In this document: positions 53,277 to 63,076 of the stretch, one piece after another
Numbering within the stretch: the first letter of the stretch is position 1
Layout of the letters: the number at the start of each line of letters is the position of its first letter
Origin: an uncultured Bacteroidales bacterium
GTDB lineage: Bacteria > Bacteroidota > Bacteroidia > Bacteroidales > UBA10428
DNA: 64,000 nucleotides
NCBI GenBank assembly: GCA_963822145.1
Contig: CAWGGG010000005.1
Coordinates: forward strand, 221,899-285,898
Direction of reading: 5' to 3'
The notes under the pieces: model-generated
What the model saw: the letters and a program-made list of their open reading frames with translations, nothing else
Databases searched by the model: none
Told to the model about the DNA's origin: nothing
Position numbers and translations under genes: made by a program

Positions 53277-54335
53277 TTATCTTTTCAGTGATGCCATGTC
53301 AATTACGAAACGGTAGCGTACATCGCTTTTCAGCATTCTTTCGTAGGCGTTATTAATGTCCTGCATGTTGATTATTTCTATTTCAGATACGATATTGTGT
53401 TCGCCGCAAAAATCCAGCAATTCCTGTGTTTCAGCAATGCCGCCGATAACGGAACCCGCTATGGCTTTTCTGCCTAAAATCATCGGAACGGAATTCAAAA
53501 ATGGATCCAGACCACCTAAATAGCCAACCAGAACCAAAGTACCGTCGATATGCAAAGTGGAAACATAAGGATTGACATCATGAATATAAGGCACGGTATC
53601 AATTATCAGATCAAATTTTCCATTTACAGTGTTCATTTGATTATTGTCGGTTGAGATAATTACTTCGTCCGCTCCAAGTTCCAAGCCGTCTTTCTTTTTA
53701 TCCGGTGTTCTTGAAAAGAGTGTAACTTCTGCTCCTAAAGATTTCGCCAGTTTAATGGCCATATGACCTAATCCGCCTAAACCTACAACTGCCACTTTGC
53801 TTCCCTTACCTACTTTCCAGTGACGAAGCGGCGACCAGGTGGTAATTCCGGCACAAAGTAAGGGTGCCGTGGCTGCCAAATCAAGATTTGAAGGCACTTT
53901 CAGAACGAAGTGCTCATCCACTACTATCTTTTCGGAATAACCACCAAAAGTATGCGTTTCTAAATGTTTGTCCTTCCCGTTGTAGGTTCCGGTAAATCCG
54001 CTTAAACAGTATTGTTCAAGGTCGTGCTTACAACTTTCACATTCCCGGCATGAATCCACCAAACAGCCAACAGCAGCAAAATCTCCTACTTTCAGTTGGG
54101 TAACTTCACTTCCTGTTTTGGTAATTTTTCCAACAATTTCATGACCAGGAACTGTAGGATAGATGGTTACGCCCCAATCATTTCTTGCCGTGTGCAAATC
54201 GGAATGACAAACCCCACAATATAAAATTTCGATTTCAATATCTTTTGCAGTAACTTCTCTGCGCATGATGTTCATTTGCTTTAAAGACGCATTGGCTGCC
54301 TCTGTTCCGAATGCTTTTGTGATCATTGTTTTCAT
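53277..54335 (-). CDS. zinc-dependent NAD(P) alcohol dehydrogenase (YahK-like)
   Basis: CGVCHSDLH...PTVPGHEIVG, structural Zn CRECESC and Rossmann GLGGLGH. Confidence 0.85.
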   Translation of the reverse strand: MKTMITKAFGTEAANASLKQMNIMRREVTAKDIEIEILYCGVCHSDLHTARNDWGVTIYPTVPGHEIVGKITKTGSEVTQLKVGDFAAVGCLVDSCRECESCKHDLEQYCLSGFTGTYNGKDKHLETHTFGGYSEKIVVDEHFVLKVPSNLDLAATAPLLCAGITTWSPLRHWKVGKGSKVAVVGLGGLGHMAIKLAKSLGAEVTLFSRTPDKKKDGLELGADEVIISTDNNQMNTVNGKFDLIIDTVPYIHDVNPYVSTLHIDGTLVLVGYLGGLDPFLNSVPMILGRKAIAGSVIGGIAETQELLDFCGEHNIVSEIEIINMQDINNAYERMLKSDVRYRFVIDMASLKR

Positions 54336-54357
54336 GCTTTATTATTTTTTTTATTTA

Positions 54358-54597
54358 TTATACCGAAAACCCTAACTGATATGCTGCTTGTATCGCCGGC
54401 TTATCTTTTGTTTCTCCCATGTTCCATGCTCCTGTTCCATAGATTATCCCTTTTTCTTTGGCACCATCAAGACACGAGGTAAAACACCTGAATCCTTCAA
54501 TTGTTTTATCTATTGCAGGTTTACTGCTGTCAGCGGCAGTTGCAATGAAATAAAATAAAACTTCTTTTAAATTCTTATTAATAGCGATAATCCGCAA
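54358..54597 (-). pseudogene. C-terminal fragment of a flavodoxin-like/NADPH-dependent FMN reductase family gene
   Basis: Only ~65 aa of family-like sequence is present (ATAADSSKPAIDKTIEGFRCFTSC...GTGAWNMGETKDKPAIQAAYQLG). There is no N-terminal flavin-binding part and no plausible start context. Confidence 0.35.
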
Positions 54598-54636
54598 TTT
54601 ACGAGAATCAAACCTTCCTTATCCGCTGGTATGTAT

Positions 54637-54843
54637 TCACAGTTGCTTGTCCATTCCCCTAAGCTGTTTAATTTTCATTGCAAAATGAAGCACTTCAGAA
54701 GCAAGATTCCTCAACACATCATACTGAATAAGGTAATCGGAATTGATTTCTTCAAACATACGCTCATAGAAACCTGATAATATGGTTACCTGTTCGTCTG
54801 ACAAATCAAATACAGGTATTGTATTGGGCTGCTTTACCAGCAA
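54637..54843 (-). pseudogene. internal fragment of an AraC-family regulator gene
   Basis: LSDEQVTILSGFYERMFEEINSDYLIQYDVLRNLASEVLHFAMKI resembles the linker preceding the HTH domain of Bacteroidota AraC regulators. The sensing domain and HTH are absent. Confidence 0.35.
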
Positions 54844-55052
54844 AATTCAAGGCAGTACTTACGAATTTCAAATATTTTATAATGCCAGCATTAAGAAACT
54901 CAGTTTACTTAGTTTAACACCGATTTCAGGAGAGTCTATCCTTGTAAGAACCGAATCGATCGCGAAAAGGAAAGAACCGGGAATTATCACGAAAGAATTG
55001 AATAGTAGTACTTTATCTGTTTTGCGAAATATTGATTAATATTGCCCCTGAT

Positions 55053-55138
55053 GTCATGCTGAGCGGAGTCGCAGTCATGCTGAGCGGAGTTGAAGCATGA
55101 TTTTTAGGTCGTCATCCTTCGACTCCGCTCAGGATGAC
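55053..55138. repeat. three copies of a ~28-nt hairpin (REP-like) element, two direct and one inverted
   Basis: gtcatgctgagcggagtcgcag (55053-55074), gtcatgctgagcggagttgaagcatga (55074-55100), and the reverse complement of 55111-55138, GTCATCCTGAGCGGAGTCGAAGGATGAC (stem GTCATCC/GGATGAC). Confidence 0.85.
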
Positions 55139-55203
55139 AATAGCAGTTAACATTTAGAATTCCCGGTAGCCCATTAATATTTATATAATTACCCTTTTCA
55201 ATT

Positions 55204-55872
55204 ATGATTATTGAATTGCACAATATTACCAGACAATATGACGGCAATCCCAGGCCGGTACTCGACAGCATTTCGTTTAAAATATCCGAAGGCAGCACTG
55301 TGGCTGTAACCGGTCCATCAGGATCAGGTAAAAGTACGCTCCTTAACCTGCTTGGAACCCTGGATTTTCCTTCAACCGGAGAGGTATTATTTAATGGTAT
55401 AGCCACCAGCTCATTAGCATCTGATGAGCTTGTAAAACTGCGCAACAACAGCATCGGCTTTGTTTTTCAAACTCATTTGTTGCTGCCCCAGCTTACCGTC
55501 ATAGAAAATGTGCTGCTTCCGGTATTACCACAGGATAAAAACCGGCAAAAACAGGCGCCGGAAAGAGCCTGCCGATTGCTTGATACTGTTGGACTTGCTG
55601 ATAAAACACAGCGCTTCCCCGGTGAATTGTCCGTTGGTGAATGTCAGCGTATTGCCGTGGTTCGGGCGCTTATCAATGAACCTGAATTGCTCCTGGCAGA
55701 TGAACCTACCGGTTCTCTTGACCACGATACGGCTGAAATATTAAGCGATATGATCCTGGAGCTGAGACACCAATATCGATTTACCCTGGTGGCCGTCACC
55801 CATTCACCTGATCTGGCGAAGCGAATGGAAATCACTTATAAGCTTGTAAACGGTAAAATTACAGCCAACTAA
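55204..55872 (+). CDS. ABC transporter ATP-binding protein (LolD/MacB type)
   Basis: Walker A GPSGSGKST, a signature-like LSVGECQR and Walker B LLADEPTGSLD. 222 aa. Confidence 0.9.
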   Translation: MIIELHNITRQYDGNPRPVLDSISFKISEGSTVAVTGPSGSGKSTLLNLLGTLDFPSTGEVLFNGIATSSLASDELVKLRNNSIGFVFQTHLLLPQLTVIENVLLPVLPQDKNRQKQAPERACRLLDTVGLADKTQRFPGELSVGECQRIAVVRALINEPELLLADEPTGSLDHDTAEILSDMILELRHQYRFTLVAVTHSPDLAKRMEITYKLVNGKITAN

Positions 55873-55874
55873 TT

Positions 55875-56910
55875 GTGTTCAGCATAAAACCACATTCAGC
55901 CACCGGCAGATTGAACATGGTCCTTCTTCTGTTTCCTTGCTGGCTATTGCTTTTTTACTTTAAAGAGAGGGCAGCCGGATGGCTTATCTACCATTTCTTT
56001 TCGCTTAATCACGGTGAGCGTCTTTCCCTATCCCTGGTATTTTTCCTTACCACTTTTCTTAAAATATTTCTGTTGCTTGTCCTGATCATATTTATCATGT
56101 CACTTTTGCGCTCCTGGCTTCCTGTGGGAAAAATCCGCAACCGCCTCAGATCTATGCCTTTACTGCAGGCAAACGTATTGGCAGGGCTGTTCGGTATTCT
56201 TACGCCTTTTTGTTCCTGTTCTGCCATTCCCATGTTCATCGGTTTTCTGGAAACAGGTGTTCCGCTGGGGACAACTTTCTCATTTCTGATTGCGTCACCA
56301 CTTGTAAATGAGGTGATTATTAATTATGCTTGCCGGATTATTCGGTTTTAAAATTGCACTTTTATATTTACTGGCTGGCCTAATGGTTGCCATTGTGTCG
56401 GGGTTCATTATTGACCGGCTACAATTGGAAAAATACCTGCCCGGTTGGCTTTTGACTTTCAGAAAAGAAAAAGAGATACAGCTACCAGAAATGAATCTGG
56501 ATACCAGAATTACCATCGCTTATCAAGCTGTTAAGGAGGTTTTGTCACAGATTTGGGTTTATGTTCTGGCGGGTATTGTCATTGGTTCAGTTATTCATGG
56601 TTATGTTCCCGATGCCTGGCTCCAAAATTTTTTAGCAAAAAGTAACTGGTACGCATTGCCGCTCACGGTGTTGACAGGCATTCCCCTGTATGCATGTTCT
56701 GCCTCTGTTGCACCTGTTGCGTTCTCCTTGGTCGACAAAGGTATGCCCATTGGAACTGCATTGGCCTTTATTATGGCTGTGGCCGGTTTGTCATTGCCCG
56801 AGTTTATCATGTTAAGAAAAGTATTGTCACTCAGGCTTGTATTTATTTTTATTGGGATTGTTTTTGCAGGCATCTTATTGGTAGGGTATCTGTTTAATTG
56901 GCTATTATAA
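55875..56910 (+). pseudogene. COG0701/PF03773-type permease (ArsP/YraQ-like), split by a frameshift near 56316-56326
   Basis: ORF1 (GTG 55875-56351) carries TPFCSCSAIPMFIGFLETGVPLGTTFSFLIASPLVNEV. ORF2 (56326-56910, +1 frame) continues MLAGLFGFKIALLYLLAG... as in intact family members. Confidence 0.65.
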
Positions 56911-56924
56911 AGAAGATATTTAGC

Positions 56925-59900
56925 ATGACATTTTATAAGTACATCATCCGCAGTATTGTCCACTACCGTAAGCAACACCTGGCGTTATGCTGCGGCATAG
57001 CCGTAAGTGCAGCTGTTTTAACCGGTGCACTGATTGTGGGAGATTCCATCCGCTATAGCCTTCGCAATATGGTTGGCACCCGGTTGGGTAAAACACAGGC
57101 TGCCATTATCGGTGGTTCAAGGTTCATGGATGCCAGCCTTGCCGGTAGTTTAACGCAGGCATTGCATGTGCCTGTCTCGCCACTGCTTATGCTTCGGGGT
57201 ATTGCTATTGAACCTGATTCCGGTATCCGGGTAAATGGAGTTGGGGTAATAGGTATCGACAGTTCCTTTAACGATTTGTGTGAGTCTCCGGTTCCTGTTC
57301 CGGTTGACGATGAGGCGGTTATCGGAAAAAACCTGGCCGACAGGCTACAAGTAAAGGTAGGGGAGGAGCTGCTTGTTAGGGTAGAGAGCGCCAGCCTGAT
57401 ACCGGTTAATGCCCCGTTTGCAAGGGAACCGGCCCCGACTGTTGCTTTAAGGCTTACCGTAAAAGCAATCGCATCCGATGCCCAGCTTGGCAGGTTTAAC
57501 CTGGGGAATGACCAATCCAATGCCTATAATGTTTTTTTATCCCTCGGCTTCCTTGGCCGGAAACTTGACCTGTCGGGATTGTCAAATACCATGCTGGTTG
57601 CCGGGGAACAAGGAATATTCACCCCATCTGCCATCGAAGATTCGGTGCAATCCGTATGGTCATTAAAGGATCTTGGTTTGGCGATTGAAGAACGGCGGGG
57701 GAAAGGCACCTACGACCTCACTTCCAACCGTGTATTTATTGATACCATTGTCCAGCAAGTGATTGTAGAAGCTGCTTTACCACATCAGGAGGTTATCACC
57801 TACCTTGTAAACGGGATAGGCTTGAATGGTAAGCATACTCCCTATTCTTTTGCATCCGCTGTACCCGCTTCACTCTCGGGCAATGTGCTGAATAACAAGG
57901 AGGTGGTCATTAACAAGTGGACTGCCGAAGATCTGGGGGCAAGGGTCGGAGACTCTATTGAATTATCATTTTATGAAATTGGAACCTTGCGTGAGCTCCG
58001 TGTGACAGAGCACATGTTGGCCGTTAAGGATATCATTGATAATACAACAATCCATATTGACAGTTCACTGATGCCAAGATTTCAGGGGCTTTCAGAGGCC
58101 GGGAACTGCAGAGACTGGAATGCCGGTGTACCCGTCGATCTGAAACGTATCCGTGACAAGGATGAGAAATATTGGGATGATTACAGGGGCACACCGAAAG
58201 TACTATTGTCTCTGGAAACAGGTAAGGAATTGTGGAAGAATCCGTTCGGATCTCTCACTGCGATCAGGTTTGATGAGATGCAGGTCCCGGAAAGCAATCT
58301 TACAGCTGTGCTGCTGAAAAGGATAGAACCATCAGATATTGGACTGCAGGTGGTTGATGTGCGAAATGAAGGTGCCCTGGCCGCCCGGAACGCGGTGAAC
58401 TTTACAGAACTTTTCCTGGGTATGAGCTTTTTTATCATAGTGGCAGGAGGACTACTGACAGTACTCATTTACACGCTGCATTTCAACAGGCGTTCATCGG
58501 AAACTGCTTTATTAAGCGGGCTTGGCTTTGGTGTCAACATGATTATCCGGCTTAGGTTTGCCGAGGCATCCCTGGTGATCTTAATGGGTTCTATAGCAGG
58601 TTCCCTGCTGGGGATACTTTATAACTATGCCCTGATAGCAGCACTGAACTCGGTTTGGAATGATATGGTCCGTACCGACATGCTGCTGGTACATGTCAAA
58701 TTCTCAAGTATTGTTTCAGGTGCAGTTTTCAGCGTGGTTATTGCTTTGCTGCCCATTTACCGGGTAACCTCAAAAAAGCTGAAGCAACCGGTTGCTGGAC
58801 AGTTAAAAGGTTATACAGATACAGTACCCGCTGCATCCCGTAAGAAAATTAATTCAGTTGTATTTGGATTTGCATTGCTGGCAATTTCCTTCCTCCTCGT
58901 ACTGTACTCTTTTGTTGTATCTGCCTTAGATAATGCAGCATTATACCTGTCCTCCGCAGCCCTGTTTCTTACCGGCAGCATACTGTTGGTGCAAGGTAGG
59001 TTTAAGAAGATACTCCCATCACCAAAAAACACGATACCTTCAATTGGAAGTCTGGCTGTTAAAAACCTGCAGCGGAACCCTGCCAGAAGCCTTTCTGTTA
59101 TTGCCTTACTGGCAGCCGGAACTTTTACAATCGTGCTTACCGGAGCTTACCGTAAAACTTTTTATGGAACGGAGCATCTCAGGAATTCCGGTACCGGAGG
59201 ATACCTGCTCTGGGCAGAAACTACCAGTCCGGTTCCTTATGATCTCAATAGCATGGATGGCAAAAGCAGAATGATCACTCAAAGTATGGATGACCTGGAG
59301 GATGTGCATTTTTTGCAATTCAACCGATTGGAAGGCGATGATGCAAGTTGCCTGAACCTTAACCAGGCACAACGACCACGTTTGTTAGCGGTAAATCCTG
59401 CTGTTTTTGACTCGGCGAGCGCATTTTCGTTTGTGCGGCTTCTACCCGGTATCTCCCGCGAACACCCATGGAAGGGACTTGAAATATCATTTAACGACAG
59501 CACGTATCCTGCTTTTGCCGACCAGACTGTCATTCAGTATAGCCTGAAAAGAAAACTGGGTGATACGCTGGTGTACCTGAATGAATCGGGAAAAGCATTC
59601 AGACTTGTGCTGGCAGGTTCCCTCAGCAATTCGGTCTTTCAGGGCAATATCCTGGTTTCGGATAAGATATTCCGAAAGCAATTTCCATCTTCAGGAGGTT
59701 CAAAGACTTTCCTCATTGACGCTTCTTTAAATAAACAAGCACTTATTGCCGATGTTTTATCACAAAGCCTTATCGATTACGGCATTGAAGTAACACCCAC
59801 CAGTCAGCGGCTTGCAACTTTCAACAGCGTGGAAAATACTTATCTGACGGTATTTATGGCGTTGAGCGGACTTGGATTTATCATCGGAACCATCGGACTG

Positions 59901-60218
59901 GGCATGGTACTGTTGCGCAACGTTTACGAAAGAAGGCAGGAACTTGCGCTGTTGCTTTCGTTGGGCTATAACCGGCAACAGGTATTCAGCATTGTTTTTG
60001 CCGAAAACTTTTACTTGCTGGCTACCGGATTTTGCATCGGTCTAATGGCAGCGTTTGTTGGCATTTTACCCTCCCTGCTTTCTGCTTCGTTCAAAATACA
60101 AGGCAGTTTTATGCTAATATTAACTGCAGGTATTTTTCTCAGCGGACTGCTATGGATTTACCTTCCCCTTAAATCAGCATTAAAAAGGCCATTGATACAG
60201 GCGCTGCGAAATGATTGA
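56925..60218 (+). CDS. large FtsX-family ABC permease (two FtsX/MacB-type modules)
   Basis: ~1097 aa from ATG 56925. It has two periplasmic MacB-like regions, each followed by a 3-4-TM FtsX-type bundle (…LSGLGFGVNMI…, …LLSLGYNRQQVFSIV…). Confidence 0.8.
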   Translation: MTFYKYIIRSIVHYRKQHLALCCGIAVSAAVLTGALIVGDSIRYSLRNMVGTRLGKTQAAIIGGSRFMDASLAGSLTQALHVPVSPLLMLRGIAIEPDSGIRVNGVGVIGIDSSFNDLCESPVPVPVDDEAVIGKNLADRLQVKVGEELLVRVESASLIPVNAPFAREPAPTVALRLTVKAIASDAQLGRFNLGNDQSNAYNVFLSLGFLGRKLDLSGLSNTMLVAGEQGIFTPSAIEDSVQSVWSLKDLGLAIEERRGKGTYDLTSNRVFIDTIVQQVIVEAALPHQEVITYLVNGIGLNGKHTPYSFASAVPASLSGNVLNNKEVVINKWTAEDLGARVGDSIELSFYEIGTLRELRVTEHMLAVKDIIDNTTIHIDSSLMPRFQGLSEAGNCRDWNAGVPVDLKRIRDKDEKYWDDYRGTPKVLLSLETGKELWKNPFGSLTAIRFDEMQVPESNLTAVLLKRIEPSDIGLQVVDVRNEGALAARNAVNFTELFLGMSFFIIVAGGLLTVLIYTLHFNRRSSETALLSGLGFGVNMIIRLRFAEASLVILMGSIAGSLLGILYNYALIAALNSVWNDMVRTDMLLVHVKFSSIVSGAVFSVVIALLPIYRVTSKKLKQPVAGQLKGYTDTVPAASRKKINSVVFGFALLAISFLLVLYSFVVSALDNAALYLSSAALFLTGSILLVQGRFKKILPSPKNTIPSIGSLAVKNLQRNPARSLSVIALLAAGTFTIVLTGAYRKTFYGTEHLRNSGTGGYLLWAETTSPVPYDLNSMDGKSRMITQSMDDLEDVHFLQFNRLEGDDASCLNLNQAQRPRLLAVNPAVFDSASAFSFVRLLPGISREHPWKGLEISFNDSTYPAFADQTVIQYSLKRKLGDTLVYLNESGKAFRLVLAGSLSNSVFQGNILVSDKIFRKQFPSSGGSKTFLIDASLNKQALIADVLSQSLIDYGIEVTPTSQRLATFNSVENTYLTVFMALSGLGFIIGTIGLGMVLLRNVYERRQELALLLSLGYNRQQVFSIVFAENFYLLATGFCIGLMAAFVGILPSLLSASFKIQGSFMLILTAGIFLSGLLWIYLPLKSALKRPLIQALRND

Positions 60219-60258
60219 ACATATCATCCGAACCATGATTTGAGTGCTGTGGAGAGGT

Positions 60259-61518
60259 TCATTTTTTGGTGATATCATAGGCAAATATCGTATCATCGTG
60301 ACGCAGGTACAGCCTTCCCCCGCAAACCACAGGATGAGCCCAATATGGTCCCTTTCCGCCGGCAGGCACTTTGAACTCCCCTGTTTTTTCAAAGCTGTCA
60401 CCAGAAGCCTTTACAAGCTTCATCGTACCTTTCTCATCGTATAGATATACCATACCATCGGCATAGGTCAAAGATCCCGAACCCGGTGTTTTCCATATCA
60501 CCTTTCCGGTGAGAAATTCTACACAAAACCAGCTTCGGGTGGTGTTTCCGGCGCCATAAACATAGCCGTTGTGAAGCATAATTCCACCATGAGAGTTGTC
60601 CATCACCTGATCATTTTGCCATACCGTTTCAACTGATAGTTTTTCTGCGGAAGGTTTCATTTTTAAGAGTGTACATCCTTTTCCTGAAGTTGATATAAAT
60701 ACATATTCATTGAAAGTAATTGCATCCACACAATTCAGGCTGTGCTGGTTCTCATAATCATATTTCCAGAGAAGTTTTCCCGTTTTAACATCAACACTGT
60801 AAAAGCAGTTTGAGCTGGCACCTATGATCTGGCGAAATCCACTGAAGTCTTTAATTATAAGTGAATTGTATCCTATGGTTCCCGGAATTTCATTATTGAC
60901 CCAGATGGTCGCTCCCGTCATTTTATTCAGGCATACTTGATGTGCCATTTTGCCGCCCGGTCTGACATAAAGGTTATTGCCATCTATCAGTACAGATTCG
61001 GAAAATCCATACATGGGTATTTCAGCCTGGAAGTCCTTGGTAAGCTCTCTTGCCCATATTAATTCCCCGGTTTTCGATTTATAGGCTGAAAGTCGGCCTG
61101 CTTCACTCAGATGATAGACTACTCCCTGATCATAAGTTGGTGTACTTCGGGACCCATTGTAAGAACTTGCCCATGAAACCTTTACTTCCCATGCTGCCCC
61201 GTTGGGTTTTTTCCATACCGGTTTTCCGTTCAGGTCAAAGGCATATACCCAGGTCTGATTATCAGATTTCCCTGATGCGAACAATAAGCCATCGGCAATC
61301 GATACAGAACTGTAACCCTCTCCGATTCCATTAATTTTCCATACAAGGGGAGGTCCGGCTTGCGGCCAGGCATTTAAAAGTCCTGATTCCGTTGATTTAT
61401 TTAGTCGGTCCGATCCGTGAAAAGAAGGCCAACTTGTATGTTCCTGGCTATAAACAGAGGTAATGCCGGAAAAAATAAAACATAGCAAGAACGATAGTTT
61501 TTCTGTAAGGTTTTTCAT
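60259..61518 (-). CDS. PQQ-like beta-propeller repeat protein (BamB/PQQ-binding-like), secreted
   Basis: Signal peptide. Repeated W-x-hydrophobic-strand motifs (VWKING, PVWKKPNG, LIWAREL, TIWVNN, LLWKYDY, VIWKTPG) are typical of 8-bladed PQQ-like propellers. Confidence 0.65.
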   Translation of the reverse strand: MKNLTEKLSFLLCFIFSGITSVYSQEHTSWPSFHGSDRLNKSTESGLLNAWPQAGPPLVWKINGIGEGYSSVSIADGLLFASGKSDNQTWVYAFDLNGKPVWKKPNGAAWEVKVSWASSYNGSRSTPTYDQGVVYHLSEAGRLSAYKSKTGELIWARELTKDFQAEIPMYGFSESVLIDGNNLYVRPGGKMAHQVCLNKMTGATIWVNNEIPGTIGYNSLIIKDFSGFRQIIGASSNCFYSVDVKTGKLLWKYDYENQHSLNCVDAITFNEYVFISTSGKGCTLLKMKPSAEKLSVETVWQNDQVMDNSHGGIMLHNGYVYGAGNTTRSWFCVEFLTGKVIWKTPGSGSLTYADGMVYLYDEKGTMKLVKASGDSFEKTGEFKVPAGGKGPYWAHPVVCGGRLYLRHDDTIFAYDITKK

Positions 61519-61523
61519 AATTA

Positions 61524-62849
61524 TTAATTTAGATTAGAATTAATTGCGGGGTTTCTTAAAGATAATACGTCATAATATGTTTCAACAAGTTCTTTGGCCA
61601 AATGATTGATATTCAGATGCAATTCAGCGCCTTTTCGTGCATCATCACTTAATCGTCTCAACATGGCCGGATCATCCATAAGCTTTTTCAATGCTGATGA
61701 CAATGCTTCAGGTGTGTTTTCACCGTATATAATACCTCCCCCGGTTTTGACCAGCACTTCCGGAAATGCACCCAGGGCAGGCTGCACGACCGGAATTCCC
61801 GATGCCAGTGATTCTGCTATGTATATTCCAAATGCTTCGCCATTGCGCACAGGAACTGAGATTACAGATGTTTTGCCGAAAAATGTTTTTCTGCCCTCAC
61901 CTTCAAAATCTTTATGAAATTCAACTGCGGTGCGCAAACGGTTTATATCCAATTTCTTTCTGATCTGTCTCAGGAAGGTTTTGTCATCGCCCGTCTGTCC
62001 GCCGGTAACAATGAGCCTGACGTCATCATATCCAGGCTGTTTTTTCAAAAGTATAAAGGCATCCACCAGTATATCCAGCCCGTTTTCGTGGCACATCCTG
62101 GAAATAAAACCAATGGTGCGTGCTTTTTCCCCTGAGTTTTTGTATTGATAATCGGATGGATTGACGCCGATATGGATACTGGTTATTTTATCCGGGGAAA
62201 TTCTCATTTTTTCTGTAGAAACGGTCGCATAAAAATGGCTAACCGAAATAAAACGGTCAACATAACCGGCGTTCTGGGACATCAGGTCCCATACCCTCTT
62301 TCTGTTTTGAGCGCTCATGACATCCACCCAAACATCTTCATCCTGAAGGGAACATACAACCGGCACTTTCAGTTTCTCCTTAAGTTGTTTGGCAAGTCCC
62401 AGCAGCAGCGCATTGGAAAGGTGCACCACATCAGGTTTGAAGTGATCTTTCATCCAATCGGTCATTCGCTCAAGCTCTTCATGCTGTTTGCCTTTTTCAC
62501 CCTGGAGCATGGAGATAGTCATCTCCTCCAGTCCCTTGGCCCTTGTGCTGCCTGCCTTGGAGGCAGCATATTTCAGCATGGGTTTTGAATTCAGCAGTTT
62601 GTCAACCCATGCCGGGGCTTTTCGGAATAACGGCATCAATTGTTTCAGATAAATGCTCACAGCCCCGTAAAAAACAGGAACATCGTTCAGATCATGTTCA
62701 TCTGCGAAAATGGGCAGGTACATGGGTACTTTTATCACATCATGTCCCATATTACGCAGGGCGTCAAAGTACTTGCTGTCGCGCAGGCAATTGCCGCAAT
62801 AGAAACTGCCACCAGAACCGGGTATAATATGAATGATTTTCATTGACAT
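61524..62849 (-). CDS. glycosyltransferase family 4
   Basis: GT-B C-terminal domain with an E-x7-E-like region (GEAFGIYIAESLASGIPVV) and an N-terminal GSGGS... sugar-acceptor domain. Confidence 0.75.
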   Translation of the reverse strand: MSMKIIHIIPGSGGSFYCGNCLRDSKYFDALRNMGHDVIKVPMYLPIFADEHDLNDVPVFYGAVSIYLKQLMPLFRKAPAWVDKLLNSKPMLKYAASKAGSTRAKGLEEMTISMLQGEKGKQHEELERMTDWMKDHFKPDVVHLSNALLLGLAKQLKEKLKVPVVCSLQDEDVWVDVMSAQNRKRVWDLMSQNAGYVDRFISVSHFYATVSTEKMRISPDKITSIHIGVNPSDYQYKNSGEKARTIGFISRMCHENGLDILVDAFILLKKQPGYDDVRLIVTGGQTGDDKTFLRQIRKKLDINRLRTAVEFHKDFEGEGRKTFFGKTSVISVPVRNGEAFGIYIAESLASGIPVVQPALGAFPEVLVKTGGGIIYGENTPEALSSALKKLMDDPAMLRRLSDDARKGAELHLNINHLAKELVETYYDVLSLRNPAINSNLN

Positions 62850-62877
62850 AGACCAGCAATTTTTAAGTTGTTCATAT

Positions 62878-63008
62878 TACCATTATGTCGCCCAGAATGG
62901 GGCTGAGTTTTAACCGAATTATTTGTAAAAGCACCATAGGTGCGACATTATGGTAGAAATTAGCAAAAATAACACTCCTTTAGCCCCATTCGGGGCGACA
63001 TTATGGTA
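62878..63008. mobile_element. MITE-like element with 27-nt terminal inverted repeats (25/27 match) and an internal third half-copy
   Basis: Left taccattatgtcgcccagaatggggct (62878-62904). Right agccccattcggggcgacattatggta (62982-63008). Internal gcgacattatggta (62942-62955). No ORF. Confidence 0.45.
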
Positions 63009-63076
63009 ATGTTTAATTTTATTGTATAACTGTATCAAAATAATATCGAATACCGATAGTCATAAATAGTGAAAAG

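Noticed and set aside
55104-55454. 116-aa minus-strand ORF ending ...CHPERSRRMTT.
   Set aside because: It is antisense to the well-supported ABC ATPase gene, and its C-terminus is merely the translated REP-like hairpin.
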